Below, piece by piece: positions 48,659 through 56,646 of a stretch of 64,000 nucleotides of DNA. The notes below the pieces were generated by a model, which saw only the letters and a list, made by a program, of their open reading frames with translations, was not told the DNA's origin and made no database searches. Where the stretch lies: positions 23,320-87,319 of the forward strand of contig JBNJEB010000001.1 in assembly GCA_051745425.1 (NCBI GenBank), in the 5' to 3' direction. The stretch's first letter is position 1. Each line of letters opens with the position of its first letter. Made by a program: the position numbers and the translations under genes. The DNA comes from Bacillota bacterium (GTDB lineage Bacteria; Bacillota; Halanaerobiia; Halanaerobiales; Halarsenatibacteraceae).

Positions 48659-48687
48659 AGCCCGGGATAATCTCCCGGGCTGTTTTA
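48659..48687 (+). terminator. intrinsic terminator after the propeller gene
   Basis: AGCCCGGGA-UAAUC-UCCCGGGCU followed by GUUUUA. Confidence 0.6.
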
Positions 48688-48699
48688 TGATTACAATAT

Positions 48700-49320
48700 T
48701 TAACTGAAGACATAAAGATTAATATCTTCCTTTTCTTTTAAAAGGTCAATAGCCGGCTCTACCCTATTTAAAAAATCACTACAATTCTCCCCTGAACGCA
48801 ACTCTGTGACACCAAGCCTGGTATCTAAATTACCAATTTTATCAAATTTCTGTTCTCTAATTCCTGCTTTAATTCTTTTCCCTAGATTAATAGCAGAAAT
48901 AAGCCTGGTATTTGGACTTACAAGCAGTAAAACATCTCTACTCCATCTTGCCAGAATATCTGCTTTACGAATTCTTCGGGAGATTATTTCAGATAATCTC
49001 CAAATTAATGAATCCCAGTAGTTATAATTTGACTGCCCTTTTTTTATCTTTGCCAGGTCAAAATTAAAGATGATTAATGAAACCAGACCACTATATCTAA
49101 ACTGTCGTTGGATTTCATTCTTTAGCTCCATTTTCAGTCTTCTTTGATCACATATTAGGTTGATTTCTTTGCTAGCAGTTAAGTCTTCATTAAATTCCTT
49201 AGGGAAATCCCTATAATCTGGATTAACCTGATAACTATAAATCAAGTTCAGACATTCTGGATCTTCTTGATGAGTTTTCTGGATTTCCTGATATATTTCT
49301 GTAACAGATTGATCCTCCAA
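48700..49320 (-). CDS. degenerate GGDEF-like domain protein (hypothetical)
   Basis: The C-terminal ~140 aa follow the GGDEF fold pattern, but the signature is SRDVL (ARWSRDVLLLV) instead of GGDEF. Confidence 0.5.
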   Translation of the reverse strand: MEDQSVTEIYQEIQKTHQEDPECLNLIYSYQVNPDYRDFPKEFNEDLTASKEINLICDQRRLKMELKNEIQRQFRYSGLVSLIIFNFDLAKIKKGQSNYNYWDSLIWRLSEIISRRIRKADILARWSRDVLLLVSPNTRLISAINLGKRIKAGIREQKFDKIGNLDTRLGVTELRSGENCSDFLNRVEPAIDLLKEKEDINLYVFS

Positions 49321-49570
49321 AGTACTCCCTCCTTCTATTTGAAGATTAAAAATAATAAGTCCAAATTAATAAGTAAATCTCATATATGAAGGGAGCTAAG
49401 TAACTCATAATCTAATTATACCAGAGTAAATGTATTATATGAAGCTAATAAATTATTACTGGACCTTCTACCTGTTTTTCTAATAATTAAAATTTTATAT
49501 TTCATGCAGGTATATTGGTAATTAATCAAGAATTGTATTAGTAGAATATAATATAAAGGTTGTGATATTA

Positions 49571-50032
49571 ATGGAAATAAAATATCTAGTGGAAACAAAA
49601 GAACATTTACCTGAGGTTAGTATCTGGCTATATAACCAGTGGGGGGTTTATTATGAAGATTCAAGTCCATTTAAATGGTATCAGGACTTAAAAAATAGGC
49701 TAAACAAAAAAGAAATCCCTACCTGTTTTATCGCATTAATCAATGATAAGCCTGTTGGAACTGCCTCATTAATTGAAGATGACATGAAAACCAGACCAGA
49801 ATTAAGCCCCTGGCTTGCAGATGTCTATGTTTTACCTGAAGAAAGAGAACAGGGAGTGGCAACTAAGTTAATTTCCAGAGTAAATCAGGAAGTAAAAAAT
49901 ATTGGCCTGGATAAATATTATCTATTTACCAGACATGCCACTGGCCTTTACCTCAAATTGGGCTGGGAAATAATAGAAAAAACAACCTACATGAACAAAA
50001 AAGTCGATATCATGACTTATCATTTTAATTAA
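49571..50032 (+). CDS. GNAT-family N-acetyltransferase
   Basis: Acetyl-CoA motif region (VLPEEREQGVATKLISRV). About 153 aa from ATG 49571. Confidence 0.75.
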   Translation: MEIKYLVETKEHLPEVSIWLYNQWGVYYEDSSPFKWYQDLKNRLNKKEIPTCFIALINDKPVGTASLIEDDMKTRPELSPWLADVYVLPEEREQGVATKLISRVNQEVKNIGLDKYYLFTRHATGLYLKLGWEIIEKTTYMNKKVDIMTYHFN

Positions 50033-50062
50033 TTTTTATTATAGCAATTATACTATTTAAAA

Positions 50063-50100
50063 AGACCTCTGATAATAAATTATCAGAGGTCTCTTCTTTT
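50063..50100 (+). terminator. intrinsic terminator after the GNAT gene
   Basis: 12-bp stem AGACCUCUGAUA-AUAAAU-UAUCAGAGGUCU followed by CUUCUUUUU. Confidence 0.65.
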
Positions 50101-50123
50101 TAAACAGATTTTTATATAATAAC

Positions 50124-50152
50124 TTGCTGGCCAGACCTATTTATGATAAAAT
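50124..50152 (+). promoter_or_regulatory. candidate sigma-A promoter of the 50203 gene
   Basis: TTGCTG (50124-50129), 17 nt spacer, TAAAAT (50147-50152). Confidence 0.45.
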
Positions 50153-50202
50153 ATTTGTACAGATGTTCGAATAAAAGGCCTTCAAATAATAAGGAGGAAA
50201 AA

Positions 50203-50655
50203 ATGAAAGCAAAAACCAATAATATGGTCGGTATAACAGATCAACTTGACAGTTCTAATAAATTCTCCAACCATAAATCAGATAAAGGGACAATTTATTT
50301 TGCAAATAAAGAGCACCAAAAATACTACAATCTTTTAATTAATGAAACTGAAACATCTGCAAAATCCCGAGAAACTCTTTCCCTTTTTTATATTCTAGCC
50401 AGCTCAAAAAAATTCAGAAAGAACCCTGAATTATTCTTGAATCTTAAAGATATTAAAATAAGGCCTCATATTTTTAAAGAACTCTTATCCCGACAGGATC
50501 AGGCTTTAATCCAGTTAGCTTTTTATCTTTATACCAAAAAAAATATATTTAATATAAAAATTATAGATCTTTTTAATAATCTTAACCAGGATGGTGCATC
50601 TATTGCAGTCTCAGCAATAAAATTAAGATTTAATTTATATATTTTAGACGATTAA
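50203..50655 (+). CDS. hypothetical protein, DUF6075-like by pattern
   Basis: ATG 50203 lies behind AAGGAGG. The pattern F.NKEHQKYY...LFYIL...IQLAFYLY...LFN...AIKLRF resembles DUF6075 proteins as I remember them. Not verified. Confidence 0.4.
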   Translation: MKAKTNNMVGITDQLDSSNKFSNHKSDKGTIYFANKEHQKYYNLLINETETSAKSRETLSLFYILASSKKFRKNPELFLNLKDIKIRPHIFKELLSRQDQALIQLAFYLYTKKNIFNIKIIDLFNNLNQDGASIAVSAIKLRFNLYILDD

Positions 50656-50755
50656 ACTTAAACAGGCTTATCAACTAAAAATATAAATTGTCTGAAATAT
50701 ATTAACTGTCAGAACTAGTATTATCATCCTGGTCGGTTGATATATAAATACCTCT

Positions 50756-51868
50756 TTATTTATTATTGAAAAAACCCTCTATAATATTTAAAGTGCTTTC
50801 TAATTCATCTATTTCAGCCTGCATGGATGAAATGGAATTAAGCCTGTAATTCTTTTTTCTTTGCAGTTTTTTAAGTCGATTAGAAATCTTTGACTTATAT
50901 AATTCTAATTCGTCTTCAGTATATTTTTCAGCCTTAATATCCAGTTCCACTCTTAATTCATCTAAATCAAGTTCAGAAACTGCATTATCCTTTATCTCTT
51001 CCAGTTTATCTTCTTCGATTTTTATATTCAAATAATTTTCTAACCCTCTAAAGAAATCCAGGGAACTATACATATGAAATAAAGTTTTCCGTTCTTCCAT
51101 CTCTTTTTTCATAAAATAAGTAGGACCAAAATTAAGATCCCCGGCCTGCTGCCACCAGTCTCCATTTGTCTCATCAGTTATAAAAATAATTGGTTTTTCA
51201 GTTGTTTCAGCCTTTTTAAGTATCTGTTTCCAGATAATCAGATCGCCATATTTCCTATTATCATCAAAATTATAATCTAGACTGCTCTTCTTATTTCTAT
51301 CTTTATAGCCAGGAGAAAGTCCCTTTTCATATCTAACCTCTCCTTCCTGATAAATCTCTTCTAGTTCTTCTTTCAACATCTTCTTACCAATTCGATCTTT
51401 AAATATCTTTGAATATCTTAAACGAATATCATCTTTTTTAAATCTATCTGGAAGTTTATCAGACTCTGTTTCAATATAATCTTTAAATTCTGATTTCATA
51501 TTCAAAATTATATCTTCAATTTCATTCCAATTAAAGACAGGATTAACCTGCTCTCTATTATCGACTAGCTTTGATTGGATATAGTTTGTAAAACCTTTTA
51601 AAAGATCAGCTTTTAAATTCTCTGTCTCGTTATAAACTGACATTATTACATTCAATCTGTTTTGATGATATTCATAGAAAACATTATATGGAATCCAGAT
51701 TCTATCACTTAAATTTTCAAAAATATCAAGTATTTTATTGCCTGTCTCTTCACTTAAAGCATATAAATTTAATAATATATTTGTATCGAAAATAATAATT
51801 CCGTCCTGCCACAATTTTTCTATTTCAGATTCAGTTGGATAATAAAATTCTGAAAATTCTTCTCTCAT
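50756..51868 (-). CDS. PIN-like domain protein with C-terminal coiled coil
   Basis: N-terminal IIIFDTNILLNLY (Asp28), FYEYHQNR, and YGDLIIWKQIL...PIIFITDETNGDWW match the PIN-like (PIN_8/DUF4935-type) pattern. The last ~90 aa are heptad-rich and charged. Confidence 0.6.
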   Translation of the reverse strand: MREEFSEFYYPTESEIEKLWQDGIIIFDTNILLNLYALSEETGNKILDIFENLSDRIWIPYNVFYEYHQNRLNVIMSVYNETENLKADLLKGFTNYIQSKLVDNREQVNPVFNWNEIEDIILNMKSEFKDYIETESDKLPDRFKKDDIRLRYSKIFKDRIGKKMLKEELEEIYQEGEVRYEKGLSPGYKDRNKKSSLDYNFDDNRKYGDLIIWKQILKKAETTEKPIIFITDETNGDWWQQAGDLNFGPTYFMKKEMEERKTLFHMYSSLDFFRGLENYLNIKIEEDKLEEIKDNAVSELDLDELRVELDIKAEKYTEDELELYKSKISNRLKKLQRKKNYRLNSISSMQAEIDELESTLNIIEGFFNNK

Positions 51869-51921
51869 TATAATATTCCTCTCCTCAGTATTTTTAGGTA
51901 TAATCTCTTTATAATATACAA

Positions 51922-52440
51922 TTATCTAAAATCTCTATAAAGCAAACTCTTTTGAATGCCCTGATTGTTTTGATATTTGCCACTTGTATATTTATCATAA
52001 TCTCCTTTAATAGTATGATAGTAAATCTGGCAGATCTCTATTTCTGGATAAATTTTTACCGGTTGAATACAAAAGATCTCCAGGGTCCAGTACCCGCTAA
52101 AACCAACATCCCCAAAACCAGCTGTTATATGAACAAAAAGACCTAAACGACCAATAGAAGACCGACCCTCCAGCATAGGTACATATTTATCTGTACTTGT
52201 ATATTCAACTGTTCTGCCTAAATAAAGTTTACCTGGCTCAAGTATTAAACCTTCTGGTGGAATAATTAATTCCTCTGTTGTATTCTCTTCCTTTAAATCA
52301 AGCATCTCCTCTTGATAGACAAGTAATTGATTATGAAGTTTAAGATTATAACTATTAGGGTTAACCTGTTCTGATGAAAAAGGCTCAATTATAATATCAT
52401 TACCGAGTTTACGTTTAATTTCTCTGCCTGAAAGGATCAT
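51922..52440 (-). CDS. dcd: dCTP deaminase (housekeeping size)
   Basis: 172 aa. MILSGREIK...NPNSYNLKL...GRSSIGRLG is typical Dcd. Confidence 0.85.
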   Translation of the reverse strand: MILSGREIKRKLGNDIIIEPFSSEQVNPNSYNLKLHNQLLVYQEEMLDLKEENTTEELIIPPEGLILEPGKLYLGRTVEYTSTDKYVPMLEGRSSIGRLGLFVHITAGFGDVGFSGYWTLEIFCIQPVKIYPEIEICQIYYHTIKGDYDKYTSGKYQNNQGIQKSLLYRDFR

Positions 52441-52442
52441 AA

Positions 52443-52859
52443 TTACTCACCTATAATCTTAACAAGCACTCTTTTTTCTCGCTGGCCATCAAATTCTCCA
52501 TAGAAAATCTGCTCCCAGGGGCCGAAATCAAGCTTCCCATCTGTAATAGCTACCACTACCTCTCGACCCATTATCTGCCTCTTTAAATGGGCATCAGCAT
52601 TATCTTCAAAGCCATTATGAGCATATTGAGAGACCGGTTCATGAGGAGCAAGTTCTTCAAGCCATTCAATATAATCTTGATGAAGACCACTTTCATCATC
52701 ATTTATAAAGACACTGGCTGTAATATGCATGGCATTAACCAGACATAATCCTTCTTGAACACCACTCTCTTTTAAAATAGACCTGACCTTTCCGGTAATA
52801 TTAATTAATTCCATCCTCTCATCAGTATTAAAATGTAAATACTTTCTAATTGATTTCAT
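52443..52859 (-). CDS. yjbQ: YjbQ/UPF0047 family protein (secondary thiamine-phosphate synthase-like)
   Basis: Conserved [15 protein letters not shown]...NADAHLK...[16 protein letters not shown] 52857-52859 lies 8 nt after GGGAG. Confidence 0.85.
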   Translation of the reverse strand: MKSIRKYLHFNTDERMELINITGKVRSILKESGVQEGLCLVNAMHITASVFINDDESGLHQDYIEWLEELAPHEPVSQYAHNGFEDNADAHLKRQIMGREVVVAITDGKLDFGPWEQIFYGEFDGQREKRVLVKIIGE

Positions 52860-52977
52860 CAATATCACTCCCTGTATAGTATTGTTTTTGTCATACTAAT
52901 ATAATTAAAGATTAAAATGACTTTATCCTTTATTGAGATGATATTTATTTATGCTATATTGAACAAACATGAATTAT

Positions 52978-53005
52978 TGTAGTGTTGATGTAGTGTTGAT
53001 GTAGG
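52978..53005. repeat. short tandem repeat, 11 nt x 2.5
   Basis: TGTAGTGTTGA TGTAGTGTTGA TGTAGG, between the tRNA terminator and the yjbQ promoter region. Confidence 0.7.
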
Positions 53006-53013
53006 AGGGATAT

Positions 53014-53051
53014 AAAAACAAAAAAGACCCAGTCCTTATTAAGACTGCGTC
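53014..53051 (-). terminator. intrinsic terminator after tRNA-Arg
   Basis: Minus-strand stem GACGCAGUC-UUAAUAAG-GACUGGGUC (one mismatch) followed by UUUUUUGUUUUU. Confidence 0.55.
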
Positions 53052-53074
53052 TAAAAATCAAATATTATTAAAAA

Positions 53075-53149
53075 TGGTACCCCCAGTAGGAATCGAACCT
53101 ACGCCCCTGGCTCCGGAGGCCAGTGCTCTATCCACTGAGCTACGGGGGC
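53075..53149 (-). tRNA. tRNA-Arg (anticodon CCG), CCA encoded
   Basis: 75-nt cloverleaf folded by hand: GCCCCCG UA GCUC AGUGGAUA GAGC A CUGGC CUCCGGA GCCAG GGGC GUAGG UUCGAUU CCUAC UGGGGGU ACCA. Confidence 0.9.
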
Positions 53150-53173
53150 TTATTTGCTTGTAATTCCTTAATA

Positions 53174-53202
53174 ATATTAACAGATAAGCTTCTCTATGTC
53201 AA
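53174..53202 (-). promoter_or_regulatory. candidate sigma-A promoter of tRNA-Arg
   Basis: Minus strand TTGACA (53197-53202), 17 nt spacer, TAATAT (53174-53179). Lies about 25 nt upstream of the mature 5' end. Confidence 0.5.
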
Positions 53203-53216
53203 GGTGGTACTAGTGC

Positions 53217-55148
53217 TTAGATAACCTCTTCCCATTGAGAATATAATTGATTGAGCTTGCTGTCTAGCTCTTTTTTTTCCTCTTCAAGTTGATTAAGTTT
53301 TTCTAACTCACTGTTATAGCTGGCTGTAATCATTTGAGATTCAATTTCTTCTTTTTTATTTTCTAGCTCCTCAATCCTGTTTTCAAGCTCACTAATTTTT
53401 CTCTCTCTTTTTCTTTGGGCACGCTGCCTGGCCTTCTGTTCATAATAAAATTTTTCATCTCTACCAACTTTCTCGTCTTCAACTTCTTTTGTTTTTATAT
53501 CTTGATTGGAATATAGATCATCTCTTTTTCTGAGATAATAATCATAATCACCGAGAAACTTAATCATATCGTTGTTTTTAATTTCATAAATTTTCCCAAC
53601 AACTTTATTTAAAAAATAACGATCATGGGATACTACCAGAACTGTTCCCTGATAATCATTTAAAGAGGCCTCTAGTATCTCCCTGGAATCAAGATCAAGA
53701 TGATTGGTTGGCTCATCTAATATTAAAAAATTTGCCTTGCTATACATCAATTGAAGGAGTCTTAGCCTGGAGATTTCTCCACCACTTAATGCGCTTACTT
53801 TTTTATAGACATCTTCACCTTTAAATAAAAACTTTGCCAGTAAGTCTCTTGCTTCACCGGTTTTTAGACCTGTCTTCATTTGCAGGGCATGTAGCATTGT
53901 ATCTTCAGGATTAAATACTGGTTTCTGCTGAGCATAATAACCGATCTCTACACCATGACCAATTTTTATTTCCCCGGAATCAGGTTCTAAATCTGATAAA
54001 ATCATTTTTAATAATGTAGTTTTACCAGACCCATTTGGACCAATTAAAGCTGTTTTTTCTCCTCTAAAAAGTTCTAAATCAACATCATCCAGTAGTTTTT
54101 CTCCTGGAAAACTAAATTCAAGATCTCTAATCTTTAAAACTTCATCCCCGCTTCTTGTAGCTGGCTGTAAATTAAGTGATATATTTTCTTTTTTACGAGG
54201 TTTTGGAATCCGCTCCATCTTTTCCAGTTTTTTTTCAAGGCTTTTTGCCTGGCGATGAAATTTTGCATTATCGCCAGCCCCGGCATTGCCAAAAACTCGA
54301 TATTGTTCAATCTGTTCTTTAATCTTTTTAATCTTCTTTTGCTGTTCCTGATATTTTTTAAGACGGATTTCATATCTCCGTTCTTTTTCTTCTAAATAAA
54401 ATGAATAATTCCCTGGATAATCTTCATTTTCTCCAAATTCAATCTCCACTATCCTGCTAATAGTCCTATCTAAAAAATATCGGTCATGAGAAATTATAAT
54501 AACTGAACCAGGATAATTATTCAAATATTCTTCAAGCCATTCAACTGATTCAATATCAAGATGGTTTGTAGGTTCATCAAGTAAGAGTAAATCAGGTTCT
54601 TCAAGAAGTAACTTAACCAGACCAACTCTAGTCTTTTCGCCACCACTTAACATTTTTATCGTTTTATTTAACTCTTCATGTTCAAAACCAAGCCCAATTG
54701 CCACCTGTTTAATTTTGCTTTCATAACTATAACCAGCTGAACGATTAAACTTTTCTTGAATCTTACTATATTCTTTTAAAAGCCGATCTGTTTTCATTTT
54801 TGAATCTGAATTAGCTATTTTTTCTTCTAAATCACTTAATTTCTGCTGCAGCCTAATTTCTTTGGCAAAGACTTCAAGACATTCTTCAAAAATTGTATTT
54901 TTTTGATTTAAATCTGGCTGCTGACTTAATAATCCTATCTCTATATTATTATTAATAATTATTTCCCCTGCATCTGGTTCTTCGAAACCAGCTAAAATTT
55001 TAAAAATAGTAGTTTTACCAGTACCATTTCGCCCGATTAAACCAATTCTCTCTCCTTTTTGAAGAGAAAGATCAAAATCTGAAATAACCTCCTCTATCCC
55101 AAATGATTTTTCTATAGACTTTAATTCAACAATCAGCATTTCATTCAC
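53217..55148 (-). CDS. ABC-F family ATPase (translation-associated, no TM domain)
   Basis: Two ABC cassettes (GRNGTGKT and GPNGSGKT, LSGGE twice), a charged inter-domain linker, and a C-terminal coiled coil. Confidence 0.85.
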   Translation of the reverse strand: MNEMLIVELKSIEKSFGIEEVISDFDLSLQKGERIGLIGRNGTGKTTIFKILAGFEEPDAGEIIINNNIEIGLLSQQPDLNQKNTIFEECLEVFAKEIRLQQKLSDLEEKIANSDSKMKTDRLLKEYSKIQEKFNRSAGYSYESKIKQVAIGLGFEHEELNKTIKMLSGGEKTRVGLVKLLLEEPDLLLLDEPTNHLDIESVEWLEEYLNNYPGSVIIISHDRYFLDRTISRIVEIEFGENEDYPGNYSFYLEEKERRYEIRLKKYQEQQKKIKKIKEQIEQYRVFGNAGAGDNAKFHRQAKSLEKKLEKMERIPKPRKKENISLNLQPATRSGDEVLKIRDLEFSFPGEKLLDDVDLELFRGEKTALIGPNGSGKTTLLKMILSDLEPDSGEIKIGHGVEIGYYAQQKPVFNPEDTMLHALQMKTGLKTGEARDLLAKFLFKGEDVYKKVSALSGGEISRLRLLQLMYSKANFLILDEPTNHLDLDSREILEASLNDYQGTVLVVSHDRYFLNKVVGKIYEIKNNDMIKFLGDYDYYLRKRDDLYSNQDIKTKEVEDEKVGRDEKFYYEQKARQRAQRKRERKISELENRIEELENKKEEIESQMITASYNSELEKLNQLEEEKKELDSKLNQLYSQWEEVI

Positions 55149-55248
55149 CTCAGAAAGTTTAAATATATTAACTATTTACTTGCATTTACTTATTAAAAGA
55201 TATATAATTATAAAAGATTTTAATTAGAATCTCACGAGGAGGATAAAT

Positions 55249-56643
55249 TTGACCCAACTTAATAAAAATCAAAAATTAATTTTAAATGGAAATATTACAA
55301 AAGCAATTTTAATTCTGGCTGGCCCAATAATGATGAATAATGTTGTCCAGTCTACCTATAATATTACAGATACTTATTTTGTAAGTCAGCTCGGTTCAAT
55401 TCCAATGGCAGCCATGACTTTAGTCTGGCCAGTCGTTTTTTTCTTTCTGGCCATAGGCATGGGCATGAACATTGCCGGAACTTCTTTAATAGCTCAGTAT
55501 ATAGGCAATGGTAAAAAAGAAGACGCCAAAAGAACTGCTGGAGAACTCATCTCAATATCTATTATTCTTTCACTGGGTTTAGGTTTACCTGCTGCCCTTG
55601 GTAGTTATAAGATTGTCAGTCTTATGGGAGCAGAAGGAGAAGTACTTACTAATGGGGTTGCATTTTTAAGAATAATGTTATTGGGAATGCCCAGTCTCTT
55701 TTTATTTCTGGCCTATGCAGCAATCCTGCAGGGTCAAGGCGACACAATGACTCCGATGAAATTAAAACTCTCATCATTAGTTTTAAATATTATTTTAGAT
55801 CCATTACTTATTTTTGTCTTTAATTTTGGCATAGCTGGTGCTGCTATTGCAACAGTTTTTTCTAGAGGCATCTTTGCCGCATATGGACTGAAAACTTTAT
55901 TTTCTGAACAGGATGATAAGTTAGTACTTACTTATAAAGATTTAATACCAGGCGAAAGAATTATTGATTTATTTAAAGTAGGACTTCCTAATTGTATAGG
56001 ACAATCAATGGCTGCTTTTGGCTTTATGTTTTTGAATATGTTTATAATTGACTATGGGAATGAAACTATAGCAGCTTTTGGAATCGGAAATAGGATTTCA
56101 TCATTTGTCTTAATGCCAGCAATGGGTATTGGTACGGCATTAGCTACAATTGTTGGACAAAATTTAGGTGCAGATAAAATCTTACGTGCCAGGTCAGCTA
56201 TTAAAAGAAGTGCATTTTTATCGACTGTTATTATGGGAGGAGCAGGATTGATGTTTTATCAATTCATCCCAAATCTAACCGGCTTCTTTACTGAAGATAT
56301 TACTGTTTTTAATCAAACAGTTGATTACCTGCAATTGATAATTCTAACACTTCCACTAATGGGCTTTTTCCAGGTTTTCATTGGCACCTATCAAGGCTCA
56401 GGCCATACTATCTATTCGATGATAATGATGGTAGGCCGATTATGGGCTCTAAGAATTCCTCTAATTTTATTCTTTAAAGAATTTACAAGCTTTGGACCTA
56501 CCGGTGTCTGGTATTCAATGATTTTAAGTAATTTTATAATTTCTCTGGTCGGTTTAGCTATCTATCATACAAGAGTCTGGGAGACAAAAGTAATTTCTGA
56601 AACCAAGAAAGAAATTAAGAGTAAGAATGCTTACCAGAATTAG
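55249..56643 (+). CDS. MATE-family efflux transporter
   Basis: 464 aa with about 12 TM segments and MatE-type sequence. TTG start lies behind GGAGG. Confidence 0.85.
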   Translation: MTQLNKNQKLILNGNITKAILILAGPIMMNNVVQSTYNITDTYFVSQLGSIPMAAMTLVWPVVFFFLAIGMGMNIAGTSLIAQYIGNGKKEDAKRTAGELISISIILSLGLGLPAALGSYKIVSLMGAEGEVLTNGVAFLRIMLLGMPSLFLFLAYAAILQGQGDTMTPMKLKLSSLVLNIILDPLLIFVFNFGIAGAAIATVFSRGIFAAYGLKTLFSEQDDKLVLTYKDLIPGERIIDLFKVGLPNCIGQSMAAFGFMFLNMFIIDYGNETIAAFGIGNRISSFVLMPAMGIGTALATIVGQNLGADKILRARSAIKRSAFLSTVIMGGAGLMFYQFIPNLTGFFTEDITVFNQTVDYLQLIILTLPLMGFFQVFIGTYQGSGHTIYSMIMMVGRLWALRIPLILFFKEFTSFGPTGVWYSMILSNFIISLVGLAIYHTRVWETKVISETKKEIKSKNAYQN

Positions 56644-56646
56644 TTT

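Noticed and set aside
46310-50032. Aminomutase plus GNAT as an ablA/ablB pair making N-epsilon-acetyl-beta-lysine.
   Set aside because: The genes are not adjacent; two unrelated genes and a strand switch lie between them. The GNAT is much shorter than AblB as I recall it. The aminomutase pocket residues argue against lysine as substrate.
51922-52440. dCTP deaminase next to a PIN-like gene as a nucleotide-depletion anti-phage system. The same idea applies to the dGTPase-like gene at 584-1594.
   Set aside because: Both have housekeeping size and sequence (172 aa Dcd; 336 aa HD dNTPase in the conserved dgt-dnaG position). They lack the extra N-terminal domains that I recall for the defensive versions.
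44481-53149. Classical tRNA-Arg-linked genomic island or prophage remnant.
   Set aside because: There is no integrase, recombinase or transposase gene. By eye I found no direct repeat of the tRNA 3' end in the block. Only composition and strand mixing support mobility.
55149-55248. Leader-peptide attenuator upstream of the ABC-F gene, as in antibiotic-resistance ARE ABC-F genes.
   Set aside because: Only ~100 nt are shared with the divergent MATE promoter. There is no small ORF and no alternative hairpins. Nothing distinguishes the gene from a housekeeping ABC-F.
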